From: Albugo candida
Lineage: Eukaryota
DNA length: 48,175 nucleotides
NCBI GenBank assembly: GCA_040437565.1
Contig: JBDOQK010000037.1
Span: 310,001-358,175 of the forward strand
Direction of reading: 5' to 3'
Within the stretch, counting starts at the first letter, position 1, and each line of letters starts with the position of its first letter. The translations under genes were made by a program, and so were the position numbers. The notes under the pieces are model-generated. The model had not been told where the DNA came from, ran no database searches, and worked only from the letters and a program-made list of their open reading frames with translations. Shown here piece after piece: positions 12,069 through 23,151 of this stretch.

Positions 12069-14681
12069 ATGGTCAGTTCGGATGAGATTCCATTGCCTGT
12101 GGGGCGCTCAGTGGCGCAGATGAAGAAAGTAAGGGATAAAGTAAGTGTATACAAATGCTCAGGGAGCACAAGAAGGTCGAGCATTGAGATGAACAAAGAG
12201 AATCCTCACGTGGAGATCGAGGTCGTGAGGACATCAGAGCCAAATTTCCAGGCAAAAAATGAGATAGAAGAGGAAGTCAAGCATCACAAACCGAAAAGAA
12301 CGTTAGCAGAAAGTGAACGCAATGTACAGACACGCGTGGAGAAGAAATCCAATGGCGCAAGCAGTAGAGTTCCTGAGCGTATCGTTGAGCACATATCATG
12401 CCACGGTGGCACAGACACGGAGCGAATCTATATCCGTGGAAGATTTTTGGGCAAGGTTTGTACTTTAACGAGCTGTTAGGATCAGCTGAATACAAATAAT
12501 GCTTTTATTTCGTGAAGGGTGGATTTGCTCGCTGTTACGAGCTCAAGTGTCAGGACACGAATGCAATTCATGCAGGAAAAGTTGTGAACAAAACAACACT
12601 ATTAAAAGCTAAAGCAAAGCAAAAGGTGTTTCTAATTTGAAATGTATACCAATCAACTGCAACTCACATTCATTTTTGCATGGTAGTTTGCATCGGAGAT
12701 CAAAATTCATCGATCTCTAAAGCACAATCACATCGTTCAGTTCAAACACTACTTCGAAGACGACCAGAACGCCTACATCCTCTTAGAATTATGTCGGAAT
12801 CAGTCGCTATCTGAGCTATTGCGTCGTCGGAAAAGGATTTCCGAACCCGAAGTCCGCTATTATGTTCGTCAACTGGTGCAAGGACTGGAGTATCTCCACA
12901 CAAAGCTGATCATACATCGAGATTTGAAGCTCGGAAATTTGTTTATTACTGAAAATATGCAATTGAAAATTGGTGATTTTGGGCTTGCGACTCGACTAGA
13001 TGACGTAGAAGATAGGAAACGCACAATGTGTGGCACACCTAACTATATCGCACCAGAGATATTGAATGGACAACGTGGAGATGGACATAGTTTTGAAGTG
13101 GATATATGGTCAATGGGTGTGGTGATTTACACACTCCTTATCGGGAAACCACCATTCGAAACCTCAGATGTGAAGGATACGTATTGCCGAATTCGGTCGA
13201 ATCAGTACACTTTTCCCTCAGATGTGCCGATATCGTGTGAAGCCAAATCGCTAATTACTTCAATTTTAAAAACAGACCCACAAACTCGACCACCTCTTGA
13301 AGAGATTATGGCGCATCCATTCTTCCACCATGATCTGATCCCAGATTCGCTTCCAAGAACAGCTTTGCTCATTACTCCGACAAAATGTAAACTCTCCAAT
13401 ACAGTCAGTAAACCGTGCGACGACGCAAGTTCTCGACAATCAAATACAATCTCGTCCTCAGGATCTTCGACACGTTCGAGTGGTAAACCAAAGTCAATAC
13501 CACAGCGACCGAGTGAAAGGCGATCCCAGCTCAAACCTCCTCGATATGCGTTACGTAATCGAGATGTCAATTCAAAAGCTGAGAATGAAATGAATAAAGG
13601 GAATTCTCAGTGCGATGTTGCAGGAACAGAACGACACGATAGCAGTAGCTCCCCGAAACCTCCACCATCTCCGTCCAAGGATATTTGTATGAACAATGAT
13701 CGCAAGGAACTACAGAGTCAACCTGAGAAAGAACCTCCCGTTAAATGCAATCGACATGAGAGCGATGATGAAATGACCGAATTAGCAGAGGATGGACAAT
13801 ATTCTGAGGATGTTTACACCGAATCGACTCCGGCTACTGTCCTTCAGCGAGCATTTGAGACATTAGAAAGACTTTTCAATATGTATCAAAGGCTCGAAGA
13901 AGTAGCAAAGAGCGACGCCTTGGACACAAGCGCTATTCTAATGGAGGCTCAAATGCTTAGAGAGCTAGAGTTGAAGAAACTTTCTCGGTCCGATAAGAAG
14001 CTTGCGATGGCACCACTTTGGATCACTCAATGGGTTGACTACACAACAAAGTATGGCTTGGGCTACATTTTGTCAAATGGTTCTGCTGGCGTTTACTTCA
14101 ACGACTCGACAAGAATAATTACATCAACAGATGCTCGCTTTTTTGACTATTTTGAACGCAACAACTCGAAGGAGTCCGAGGCCACAAGGATCCGATGTCT
14201 TTTATCGGAATATGATGCAGCTCTGGCAAAAAAAGCTATGTTACTAACTCATTTCCAAGGCTACTTGTTGGATTGCCGTGCCGACGATTCCGAAGTTATC
14301 CAATTGGAAAGCGAATTAGTGCGGCATCAAGTGTCCCTTTTTCCGTCCAAAAGAATTTGTGGGGCATCAGCGAGCTCGACCAATCATTCAAAAACGCCAT
14401 CCCCAAGAGAGCCATATTTACCAATCATTCAGAAATGGTTTAAAGCAAAACATGCCATTCTATTTGTTTTGTCAAATCACACTTTTCAAGTCAACTTTTA
14501 TGAGTGCTCGAAATTGATATTCTCACAAAATGGTCGCATCGTCTCTTATTTGGACAAAAAAGGTCGACTAGAAAACTATGAGCTTGCAAGCGTCTTGACT
14601 CTGGCAGAAGAACGACCTGACCTGATCAAGCGATTGCGTTACGTAAAAGATATGATGGAGCAACTCGTAGCGCCCAAATGA
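12069..14681 (+). CDS. PLK: Polo-like kinase (3 exons)
   Basis: GRFLGK/GGFARCYE, HRDLKLGN, KIGDFGLA, TMCGTPNYIAPE, polo boxes WITQWVDYTTKYGLGY and FQVNF. Introns 12456-12517 and 12626-12686. Confidence 0.96.
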
Positions 14682-14723
14682 AGAAAGCAATGCCACAAAC
14701 ATCTGTATTCAAGCAGTCTCGTG

Positions 14724-15375
14724 TCATTTGACTAAAGCCCACAAAATCGCAAACAGTGCGAAAATCGAGAATGGCAGCCACGTTCTCAGCATCGCCATTC
14801 TGTCTACAAAGGATCCATTTGTCAATACAAAAACACACAGTCTCACCATGTTCCAGCTCTTTGGATCGGAGTCATCCAAGTGATTCAAACAAGCAGCGAC
14901 GTGAGAATGGCAATTGTCGCAGCTGACAATGATTCCCTTTATCATGAAACTGTGATATATAATAAAATGCTATCGACCTACCAGATTTGATGCGGTCGTT
15001 CCGAATAAAATGCGTTTCCGTATGCGATGGCTTCATCCCATTCTCTTGCTTGATGAATAGTGTGTATAGGAAATTGGACAAAGCGTGTGGGATTACCGAA
15101 TGCAAAGAATTCCGTCCCTATGTGATAGGAGCCAGCGAAATCAAATATGATACTAAAATAGAGTTCCGCATATCAGTTTGGTCGAAGAAGAATGAATGCG
15201 ACTGCTTTAACCCTTTAGAGTCTGCGATGCCGAGATGACCGATAAAGGGGATAAACAGACTGATTACTGGTAAAGGACACCATACAATGCAAAACGGGTA
15301 GCGATTATGTTCTGGATCAACTGGAGCTGATTGGAAATCGCCCGATAGAACAGCTTGCTTTTCGGGAGATGTCAT
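14724..15375 (-). CDS. TMEM222: TMEM222 / RTE1-like (DUF778) membrane protein (3 exons)
   Basis: RYPFCIVWCPLPVISLFIPFIGHLGIADSKG/IIFDFAGSY, FGNPTRF, WDEAI and CCDNCHSHVA. Introns 15211-15153 and 14981-14923. Confidence 0.92.
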
Positions 15376-15841
15376 GCGATGGCAATATTACTCTTATGAC
15401 CATTTCTCAGGTAAGATATAACGAATGTAGACATGCCGCAAAATTCAATTAGAAAGAGGTTGTTTTCGAAGAAAGCTCTGATAGTGCATCGATACCACAA
15501 TAGATAGAACAACTATTAGAGCCACAACAAATCCTAGCAATTGTATCCATACAATCTATGCGAAATATAGAATCTATGACGTTGCACAAAGGCGCACGTA
15601 CTACAAGCAAGCGCTTACCTGATTGGTCCTACTCGTTGTATCAATTTTTCCACGCCGTTTCAGTCGCTCTGATAATTTCCCATAGCGTTCACCTGCATAT
15701 ATTGCTGGCCCTAAGCTTACATCAATATGCTTCTTCTGTTCATCGCTTTTATTTCCAGCGCGTCGCTGACGTAGATCCATTGACTGAGACTGGATTACCG
15801 TTCGTCTATTTAATAAGAGACCCTTGTTCAAGAGCTGTTTG

Positions 15842-15857
15842 TTCATTTCACCAGTTT
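15842..15857 (+). promoter_or_regulatory. Oomycete Inr/FPR-like core promoter element of LCB1
   Basis: ttcatttcaccagttt lies about 35 nt upstream of the inferred ATG at 15877. Confidence 0.5.
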
Positions 15858-15876
15858 CTCTCATACGGCGCCAAGA

Positions 15877-17571
15877 ATGAGCGAATGGTGGGCTATAATT
15901 GGAAAACCGTTTGCCGAGGTGAGAGAGCAACATCGAAAGCGCAACATACCGTTAGATAATGATATCATTGCGTCAATGTACAGGCAGTTGTATCACTTGA
16001 TTTACAGCGGATACAAGCGGCATTTTTGAATCTTCCACATTCTTATTACGAGTAAGCATGATCATTACTCGCTGCAATTTATTATAATCGAATGCGTTAC
16101 AAACTATTGCCGCAGCTACATCCACGGGATTTATCGGCGAAGTCCGGAACATGTGATTATTGAGACCTTTCTGATTGGTTTCGTGATATACATCACATTC
16201 TGCAAGAAAGATCGACCAAAGCAAGAACGAGTCCAGCTTACAGAAAAAGAGATACAAGAACTGTGTGATGAATGGACTCCAGATCCTATCGTGCCAACTC
16301 AACAGTTGAATTCAGCGGGTCAAGTGGACATTAGTAAGCAATTTGGAATTGTGGAAGAAATTCCCACAACACACATGAAGCTGGCAGACAAAAAAGAGAG
16401 GCTCTTGAACTTGGGAACCTTTGACTTTTTAGGTTTAGGATTTCGGCCTGAATTGAAGGAAGTGGCTATTAACACACTGACCAAGTATGGATGCGGCTCA
16501 TGCGGTCCACGGGGGTTTTACGGCACAATTGATGTGCACGAGACATTAGAAAAAGATATTGCCGAATTTATGGGCACACCAAATTCGATCATATTATCTG
16601 ACTCGGAAGCTACATTTACTTCTGTACTCCCTGCTTTTGCCAAACGTGGAGATCTTGTGGTTATTGACGATGGCTGTCAAGATGCCATATTCACGGGAGT
16701 GTGTTTAGCACGATGTACAATCATTTACTACAAACACAATGATATGAAGGATCTGGAGAGAATTCTTGCATCCATCCGTCACGATGATAAAAAAGCAGGG
16801 AGAAAATCCGACTGTCAGCGCCGTTACGTTGTCACCGAAGCCTTATTCCGCAATTATGGTGATATCATTGATCTACCGAGAATTTGTGCAATCTGTGACA
16901 AATACTTTTTCCGACTTTTCCTCGATGAAAGCTTTTCGTTTGGGGTACTTGGTGCTACTGGACGTGGATTAACGGAGCACTCAAATATGCCAGTATCTTC
17001 CGTTGAGATTATCTGTGCATCCTTATCTGGAGCGGCAGCCTCGGTCGGCGGATTCAGCACGGGATCGTGGGAAGTTGTGGATTATCAACGTTTGAACAAT
17101 GCTGGATACGTTTTCTCAGCCTCAGCTCCTCCTTTCACGGCAGCCTGTTGTTCCGAAGCAATCCGGATAATGAGACAAGAGCCTGATCTGGTAGAGAAGC
17201 TACGTGCGAACTCCTTGTTTGTGCACGAAAAATTGCAGCATTTATGCAAGCACTTCTCGTCGTCCAGTTCTCCATTCTCACCCATTATGCATTTCCGCGT
17301 CAAATCTTCATTACTTGGCGACTTGGAAAATATCGAAAAGCGCAGCATTTGTCGAAGAATATGTGATCAAGTTATGAAGAAATGCTTAGAACGTGGAATC
17401 GCGATCTGCTCGCCTCGATACAAAAGCGGCCAACTGCACGAACCAATTCCGAGCGTCCGGATCACTGTCACCGCGGCACACACTCGACAGCAATTGGACG
17501 GTGCTTGTAAAATCATTGCGGAAGAATGTAATGAAGCAGCCTCTGTTGCATTAAGCAGCGTAGTGCTATAA
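15877..17571 (+). CDS. LCB1: Serine palmitoyltransferase subunit 1 (LCB1/SPTLC1), 3 exons
   Basis: KYGCGSCGPRGFYGTIDVH, PAFAKRGDL, YKHNDMKDLE, LDESFSFGVLG and GYVFSASAPP. Inferred exons 15877-15918, 15984-16051 and 16116-17571 give MSEWWAIIGKPFAE/AVVSLDLQ...YYD/YIHGIYRRSPEHVIIETFLI. Confidence 0.93.
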
Positions 17572-17746
17572 TAAAAACAGGATATTCGCCATATGAGACA
17601 ATTTGTGTGGTGACTTTATCCTAGGAAGTAGGACAGAGTGTATGTGGGTATATTAGGCTTTCACGGTTGGTGTCGCGAAAATGTGTGGGAACATGTCACA
17701 ACAATCGATTCTTCAACTCGCCCCTTTCCTTTTAAGATAGTTGCCA

Positions 17747-18502
17747 ATGTTTATCGTGAGTTGTGTATATGGCACCTTTCGAAACGCTGTTGTTTATGTG
17801 CTCAGTGCGATCCTCAGCGTGACAAATTCTGACAAAACGCTGTGTGAGGGATCGAAACCTGAGCTATCGTCCCTCTCAAATGCCATATCCGCAAATGGTT
17901 CTGTGAAATTGCCTGCATTGACTGAGAGGGACACTAACGATGTAGAAATTGTCGAAGCTTTTGGATCAAACGTAGAGCTACCGCTAGAGAATGCAGAGAA
18001 GCCGTCGAGCGGGACGAATCGGGCAACCTCGGCAACTCAAAGGACTGTTTTTTTAAAAAACCAAGTGGTCCCGCACGAATTCGCGCAAGAGAATGTGATT
18101 GACGATACATCTGAGACACTGGATAGTGCAGATGAAGAGATGGAGAACGCGCAGGAATTTTCTCTTGATGGACATCGGAATGTTACAGCTCTCGAGGGCG
18201 AGGCTGGGAAGCAAATTTGTGCTGCATCAGAGCCAATACAACTTGTCGACATGACCCAAGCAGAAGGAGATCAATTGCATTCCAAGGTGACCAGCTCGTC
18301 GTCTATCCAATCGATGATTAGTGATGATAAAGAAGGCTCTTACACTCCTGGAGAAAGCGAAAGTGAGTACACCAATGACGAGGATTCTATGAGAGATGAT
18401 ATCACAGAGGATGATCCTTTGGGAGACATGCCTGATGAAGAGATCCGGAAATCGTTCGCGTTCATTCAGACACCCGGGATGACAGTTTACTTTGATTCTT
18501 AG
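17747..18502 (+). CDS. Hypothetical acidic, low-complexity protein
   Basis: About 250-codon ORF with a hydrophobic N-terminus and a D/E/S-rich body; no recognised domain; start uncertain. Confidence 0.6.
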   Translation: MFIVSCVYGTFRNAVVYVLSAILSVTNSDKTLCEGSKPELSSLSNAISANGSVKLPALTERDTNDVEIVEAFGSNVELPLENAEKPSSGTNRATSATQRTVFLKNQVVPHEFAQENVIDDTSETLDSADEEMENAQEFSLDGHRNVTALEGEAGKQICAASEPIQLVDMTQAEGDQLHSKVTSSSSIQSMISDDKEGSYTPGESESEYTNDEDSMRDDITEDDPLGDMPDEEIRKSFAFIQTPGMTVYFDS

Positions 18503-19344
18503 GAAGGTCGGAATGTCCAGTAGTAATATCATCCTAATACATATATTGTTTACGTTACACTGATCGCATTATGCGATGAAAATCTTAGCATGTATAAAAA
18601 GCGTGCGATATCTCACTTGGCTAATCAATCGTCCAATGTCGACTGCACTCTCATCAAACCTCATTGAATGAGTGGAATGTCAGGGTATCAGCAAATAACA
18701 TTTCAATCTTAATGTTTGTCTCATGGAACATCACTTTTCAGCGACTTCTCAGAAACGAGGAATTCACTTTCGAAATTCGATAATTTCGATCGCAATATAC
18801 ATCATGTACCCGTATGCAGAGCGCAAATAGAAGACTGAGCTCAAGATTACTGGCGTTGATTTGAATGGACAGGGAGACATTACACTATACATAACTATAC
18901 ATGTATAGTTGCGCCGCTGTAGAATGATAAGAAACTACACACGCTGACAGCCATTTCTACACGTGCGCAAAACTCTGTATGCATCTAATAAAAGAGCATT
19001 TCATGTGATGAGACACTTATGCTTTACCAGGAAATAATAGTAAAAATGAGATTGAGCTTGCGTTCATGCGGAATGCTATTGCTTCCTCCCTTATGCGCAA
19101 CTGCGAATCAATAAATACCAGCCAAGTAAAAGACTTTTGTCGAGTGTGATTACGAGCGAAAGAAGCCTCGCCCACATGCAGCTATTCGATGCGACGGATA
19201 ATGGCTCATCAGAAAAGTATCCGAGTTTGTAAACCTAGTAAATTTAATACAAGCAAATTGCAGAATGTTCGGCACCACCTGCTATATACATACGATCGGC
19301 ATTTAAGCCAAATACCTACTTCTAGTGCTGCATCGTCCGCGTAT

Positions 19345-20237
19345 TCACGTCGATTCGTCTTTCTCGCGTGGGCTGTAGCCATTGGAACACTCTGTACCCT
19401 CACCGAAAGACCTTCTCCTTCGTTTTGGTTCCGTCGCTGTCTGCATTACCTTCAGTTGCTCTCGTTTTAGCTTCACACGACTATCGAATTCGAATCCTCC
19501 TTTGAAGTAATCCAGTCTTGACGGGGCTGATGCATGTAGAAGCTCTTCTTCTATTGCACATGCCTACAGAGTTTCTCATTAGAAGCTTGCAGAGCTACGG
19601 TACGGCAATTATAGCATACCACTTGGAGAAGATCTTCGAAGGAAGTGCAGCGGTTCGTGTATGCATCTCTTAACTTACTTCGAACAGCTTGTCGTTCTTC
19701 AATTGTCAAGTACGTTCTCCAGTCTTGAGCAGCAGATACTATCGGTGTACTTGAAGTAGCCAAATGATTACGCGTTTGTGTAGAAAACGACCCACTGAAT
19801 GTGGGAGATGAGTCGATGTTTGATACCATTGTAGGAGTGTGTGCGCTACGAGAAGATATACAGGTTTTTGGTGCGTAGGTTTGCGAAAAATTGGAATTAT
19901 TTACGGCACAGTTGTAAATTCCACTACTAGAGCTGATGGAACGAAACATTGAGGGAGGTGAAGCTGCTATTTTGTTGGAAGGAAAGAGTGTGCTAATCTG
20001 ATTTTGCTTTGCTGCATGATGACTCAGTATTGCAAGGGAATTGATTGCTTGCGATTGTGTAGGAGCTCGTTGCGAAATCTGACTGATTGCGCACTGATTG
20101 GAACTCGCGCCATTAAAAGAACGTTTGAATGAGGGTATCGTGGATGGGACAACCGACGTCTTGGCAGTCTCAGTAGATGATGTAGAGGTGTCAATTTCTG
20201 ATGGTAGTGATTCCGCTTGCATATCACTCAGGTTCAT
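19345..20237 (-). CDS. Ser-rich protein with C-terminal KIX-like (MED15/KIX_2-type) domain
   Basis: Removing intron 19619-19564 gives DWRTYLTIEERQAVRSKLRDAY...DLLQV/ACAIEEELLHASAPSRLDYFK, then a basic KRRRR stretch and stop at 19345. The 5' end is uncertain. Confidence 0.7.
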
Positions 20238-20748
20238 TAATGCCGAGGATTGGTAGCTAAGTACGCTACTTTTCCTGCTTAAAGTGCGCAATATATCAGG
20301 AAACGCAGTCTAGTGTAAAAGCGGGTTGCGATGGTATTGACTGACTCAACGCTTCCTAGTACCCGATCGATACATGTGGGCACATTACTCGCTAGATTGC
20401 TTCTCAGTTCCTCACTTCCGCATGCAGTAATCAAAATCACTACCCCTATGTTGCGTCTTCAAGCCTGTAAATTGATTGTAGTATCTTTAGGGCTCTTGAC
20501 TGACAAAAAGCTATTACCTTAATTATCTGAAAGTTGCCAGAGTCTTGGTATGTCAGACACAGAGTCCGATGCTGTAAGGTATTCTCAATCCGGCGGTGTA
20601 CTCTATTTCAATGTTCGTCAAAGCATGGAGTGACTTGTCCTATAAGTCATAAAGTCGGCAATAAAGTCTTGCCCTTTTTCCATGTGAATGTCGTGTATGA
20701 CTTCATTATTACACGTTAGAGCTATTGACCTCCGGATAACAGAAAGCA

Positions 20749-20794
20749 TGGTGATGGAATGAAGGTAAACACCCTTACCTTCGTTCCATCACCA
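20749..20794. repeat. 20-bp inverted repeat with 6-nt loop
   Basis: tggtgatggaatgaaggtaa-acaccc-ttaccttcgttccatcacca; 19 Watson-Crick pairs and one T:G pair. Confidence 0.9.
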
Positions 20795-21635
20795 AATAGT
20801 ATCTTCAACAACGTGAGGAGTTTAATCTTGACTTTATTGCTGGGCGCTTCCACTCATTTTTGTTTTTGTTGATGACTCAGTAAGAAGATCATGGAAAAAT
20901 GCCTCGCTCTTGCAATGCGGCGTCAAAGCAGTATACTGGAGAATTGATCAGTACCAAGCATTGTTCATTCTCCGATGTTTGAAGCCGTAATAATCTGTTA
21001 GTCCTACACTTTGATAAGCATATAGAACGGATGCTTTTANNNNNNNNNNNNNNNNNNNNNNNNNNNNNNNNNNNNNNNNNNNNNNNNNNNNNNNNNNNNN
21101 NNNNNNNNNNNNNNNNNNNNNNNNNNNNNNNNNNNNNNNTAGTATCTTCAACAACGTGAGGAGTTTAATCTTGACTTTATTGCTGGGCGCTTCCACTCAT
21201 TTTTGATTTTGTTGATGACTCAGTAAGAAGATCATGGAAAAATGCCTCGCTCTTGCAATGCGGCGTCAAAGCAGTATACTGGAGAATTGATCAGTACCAA
21301 GCATTGTTCATTCTCCGATGGTTGAAGCCGTAAAAGTCTGTTAGTCCTAGACTTCAATAAGCATATAGAACGGGTGCTTTTAACATCGTTTGATCTGACA
21401 AAATGCAGCACGATCAGCTTGGTGAGAACGTCATCATTGATGATACTGTTTCTGTTGGAGGCTCTACTGGGCGTAATAGGCTGAGCGGTCAAAGCTGACA
21501 GACTGCAGATTGATTAGTTGGATGTGAAGTGTCGTGTATAGATAGATGGGAGACCTCTTCACTTACAAAACTGTACTGTCAAACTATTGTAATGTAGATG
21601 TACACTTTTGTAAATTCCTATACACATTTTGGACA

Positions 21636-22349
21636 ATGACGTTCTCTGATGACGATATGTTGAACGATCTCGCTGACGAAATGCTGCATGAAATCAAGCA
21701 CGATACAGGTGAAAAATCTTCACGAGGGGATACTACTACGATACCGTTACGTGCTGAAACAACGCAGCAAGCCATGATAGGCAATTCCACTTCTAGTGGA
21801 CCGTACGATCTCAATCGAATGATGTCCCAAATGATGCCGATGATGTCTCAGCTAATGGGCAATATAGATTGTAAGCAACCCGCCAGAATAACGAATAATC
21901 AGCCCAAGCTAGAAGAAATCCTTCCAAAGTATCTATCAGCCAATGAGGCGCAGAAATGGTCCGAAACGATTCATTCCGATCAGGTCATAATGGAGTCAGC
22001 ATATTCACGTAATGGTGTATTGGGCAAAGCTCATAGCTACTCATACGGTCATGGAAGGTCTTCTCTTTCGTCATCTGGGGTTAAGATCGAACGTTTGATG
22101 CGTACATTTTTAAAAGAAGGGATTACATCTTCCAAGCTAACAGAGCGATACAATTCAAAAACAGGACACTTAAAATCGATGGACCAAGTTCTAGATACGA
22201 AGCTTGTTGCACTATTCAAGGTCTATTTACAAGATGTTTTGATGCAGAAACTTGCTAGCGATACGGATGTTGATATTCTAAGGGACAGAAAAAGCGACAA
22301 AGTCGAACACATAGTCGCAGCGGGAAGTAATCGGACGAGGACAATTTAG
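21636..22349 (+). CDS. Hypothetical protein; last intact housekeeping-type ORF before the transposon zone
   Basis: Uninterrupted ORF (from 21546; likelier start MTFSDDDMLNDL at 21636) with a Met-rich motif MMSQMMPMMSQLMG. Confidence 0.7.
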   Translation: MTFSDDDMLNDLADEMLHEIKHDTGEKSSRGDTTTIPLRAETTQQAMIGNSTSSGPYDLNRMMSQMMPMMSQLMGNIDCKQPARITNNQPKLEEILPKYLSANEAQKWSETIHSDQVIMESAYSRNGVLGKAHSYSYGHGRSSLSSSGVKIERLMRTFLKEGITSSKLTERYNSKTGHLKSMDQVLDTKLVALFKVYLQDVLMQKLASDTDVDILRDRKSDKVEHIVAAGSNRTRTI

Positions 22350-22885
22350 TAAAGGCTTCGTCAGTCGCTCCAATAAATACGTTACAACATCCCTGGTAGC
22401 GAATTTTACTATGCTCGATAGTTAATTGATATTTGTCATGCTGAGAGTACTCAAGCCTTCTCTTATCTCTTCAGTACACACCGCAAGATACGCCATAGGC
22501 TGCGACAGCACATGCAGCCATTTGAACAGAATGTTCTCTCATTTTTCTCAAGCTCATTGAATGCTCTATGCGCATTTCACTAGCTCATAGTGCATGTCGC
22601 CTGAATTTTGCAATGCCAACATGATCGTTATTATGTTTGGCAGCTGTCCCGTTCTTGAAAATTGCTTATTCTTGTGCACCTTTCTGACTTCTATACATCT
22701 TTGCATCATCAGATACATTTTCTGTGTAGATGTGTCATTAGAGCTCAAGCGACAGAATTTCACTCTTGTGCCTTCGCTTTCATCTGTAAGAACACCTTTT
22801 CATACCATGTAACAATTCTCTGTGTGACACCGGTACATTGCGTCCGAGCCTTTCTGCCAGCACTACTCAAAGCTGATGTCACACA

Positions 22886-23151
22886 CGTTGAAGATGGACA
22901 TGTTGAATATGAGGTACGCCATCACTAGTACAGTCATTTTTGGTTTTTCTATGATGGTATCAGGAGTTTCCTGGAAGGATGGGTACGGGTGCGTGATCAG
23001 TGAGAGTTGATGCAGCGTGAGGAACGGTTGGCAAGCAAGACCTCAAGAACGGATGATAGGCAAGACAACTAGGGACTAGGATGCAGGTTTGACATTCCAT
23101 AAAACAAACAGTATTCATTTTACCACCGCCAACCCTACTCGTTTGCTGACA
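22886..23151 (+). repeat. 5' LTR of Copia element 1
   Basis: Direct repeat of 27564-27829, roughly 10% diverged by eye, ending in ACA just before the PBS. Confidence 0.92.

Noticed and set aside
2..14681. BRCA2, RBBP6 and PLK as a functional genome-stability gene cluster
   Set aside because: Interspersed with unrelated genes in mixed orientation; nothing in the sequence supports co-regulation.
15558..15959. 133-aa ORF upstream of LCB1 (and antisense ORF 15601-15933)
   Set aside because: No recognisable features; the region is better explained as the divergent promoter plus LCB1 exon 1 in another frame.
21430..21500. TGATGA...CTGA pattern suggesting a C/D snoRNA
   Set aside because: No convincing terminal stem or rRNA guide that I can verify; such short motifs occur by chance.
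22560..22885. Cys-rich minus-strand frame next to the Copia insertion as a disrupted CHxC/CCG effector
   Set aside because: Contains stops and no clean CHxC or CxxCxxxxxG motif or signal peptide after rejoining the flanks.
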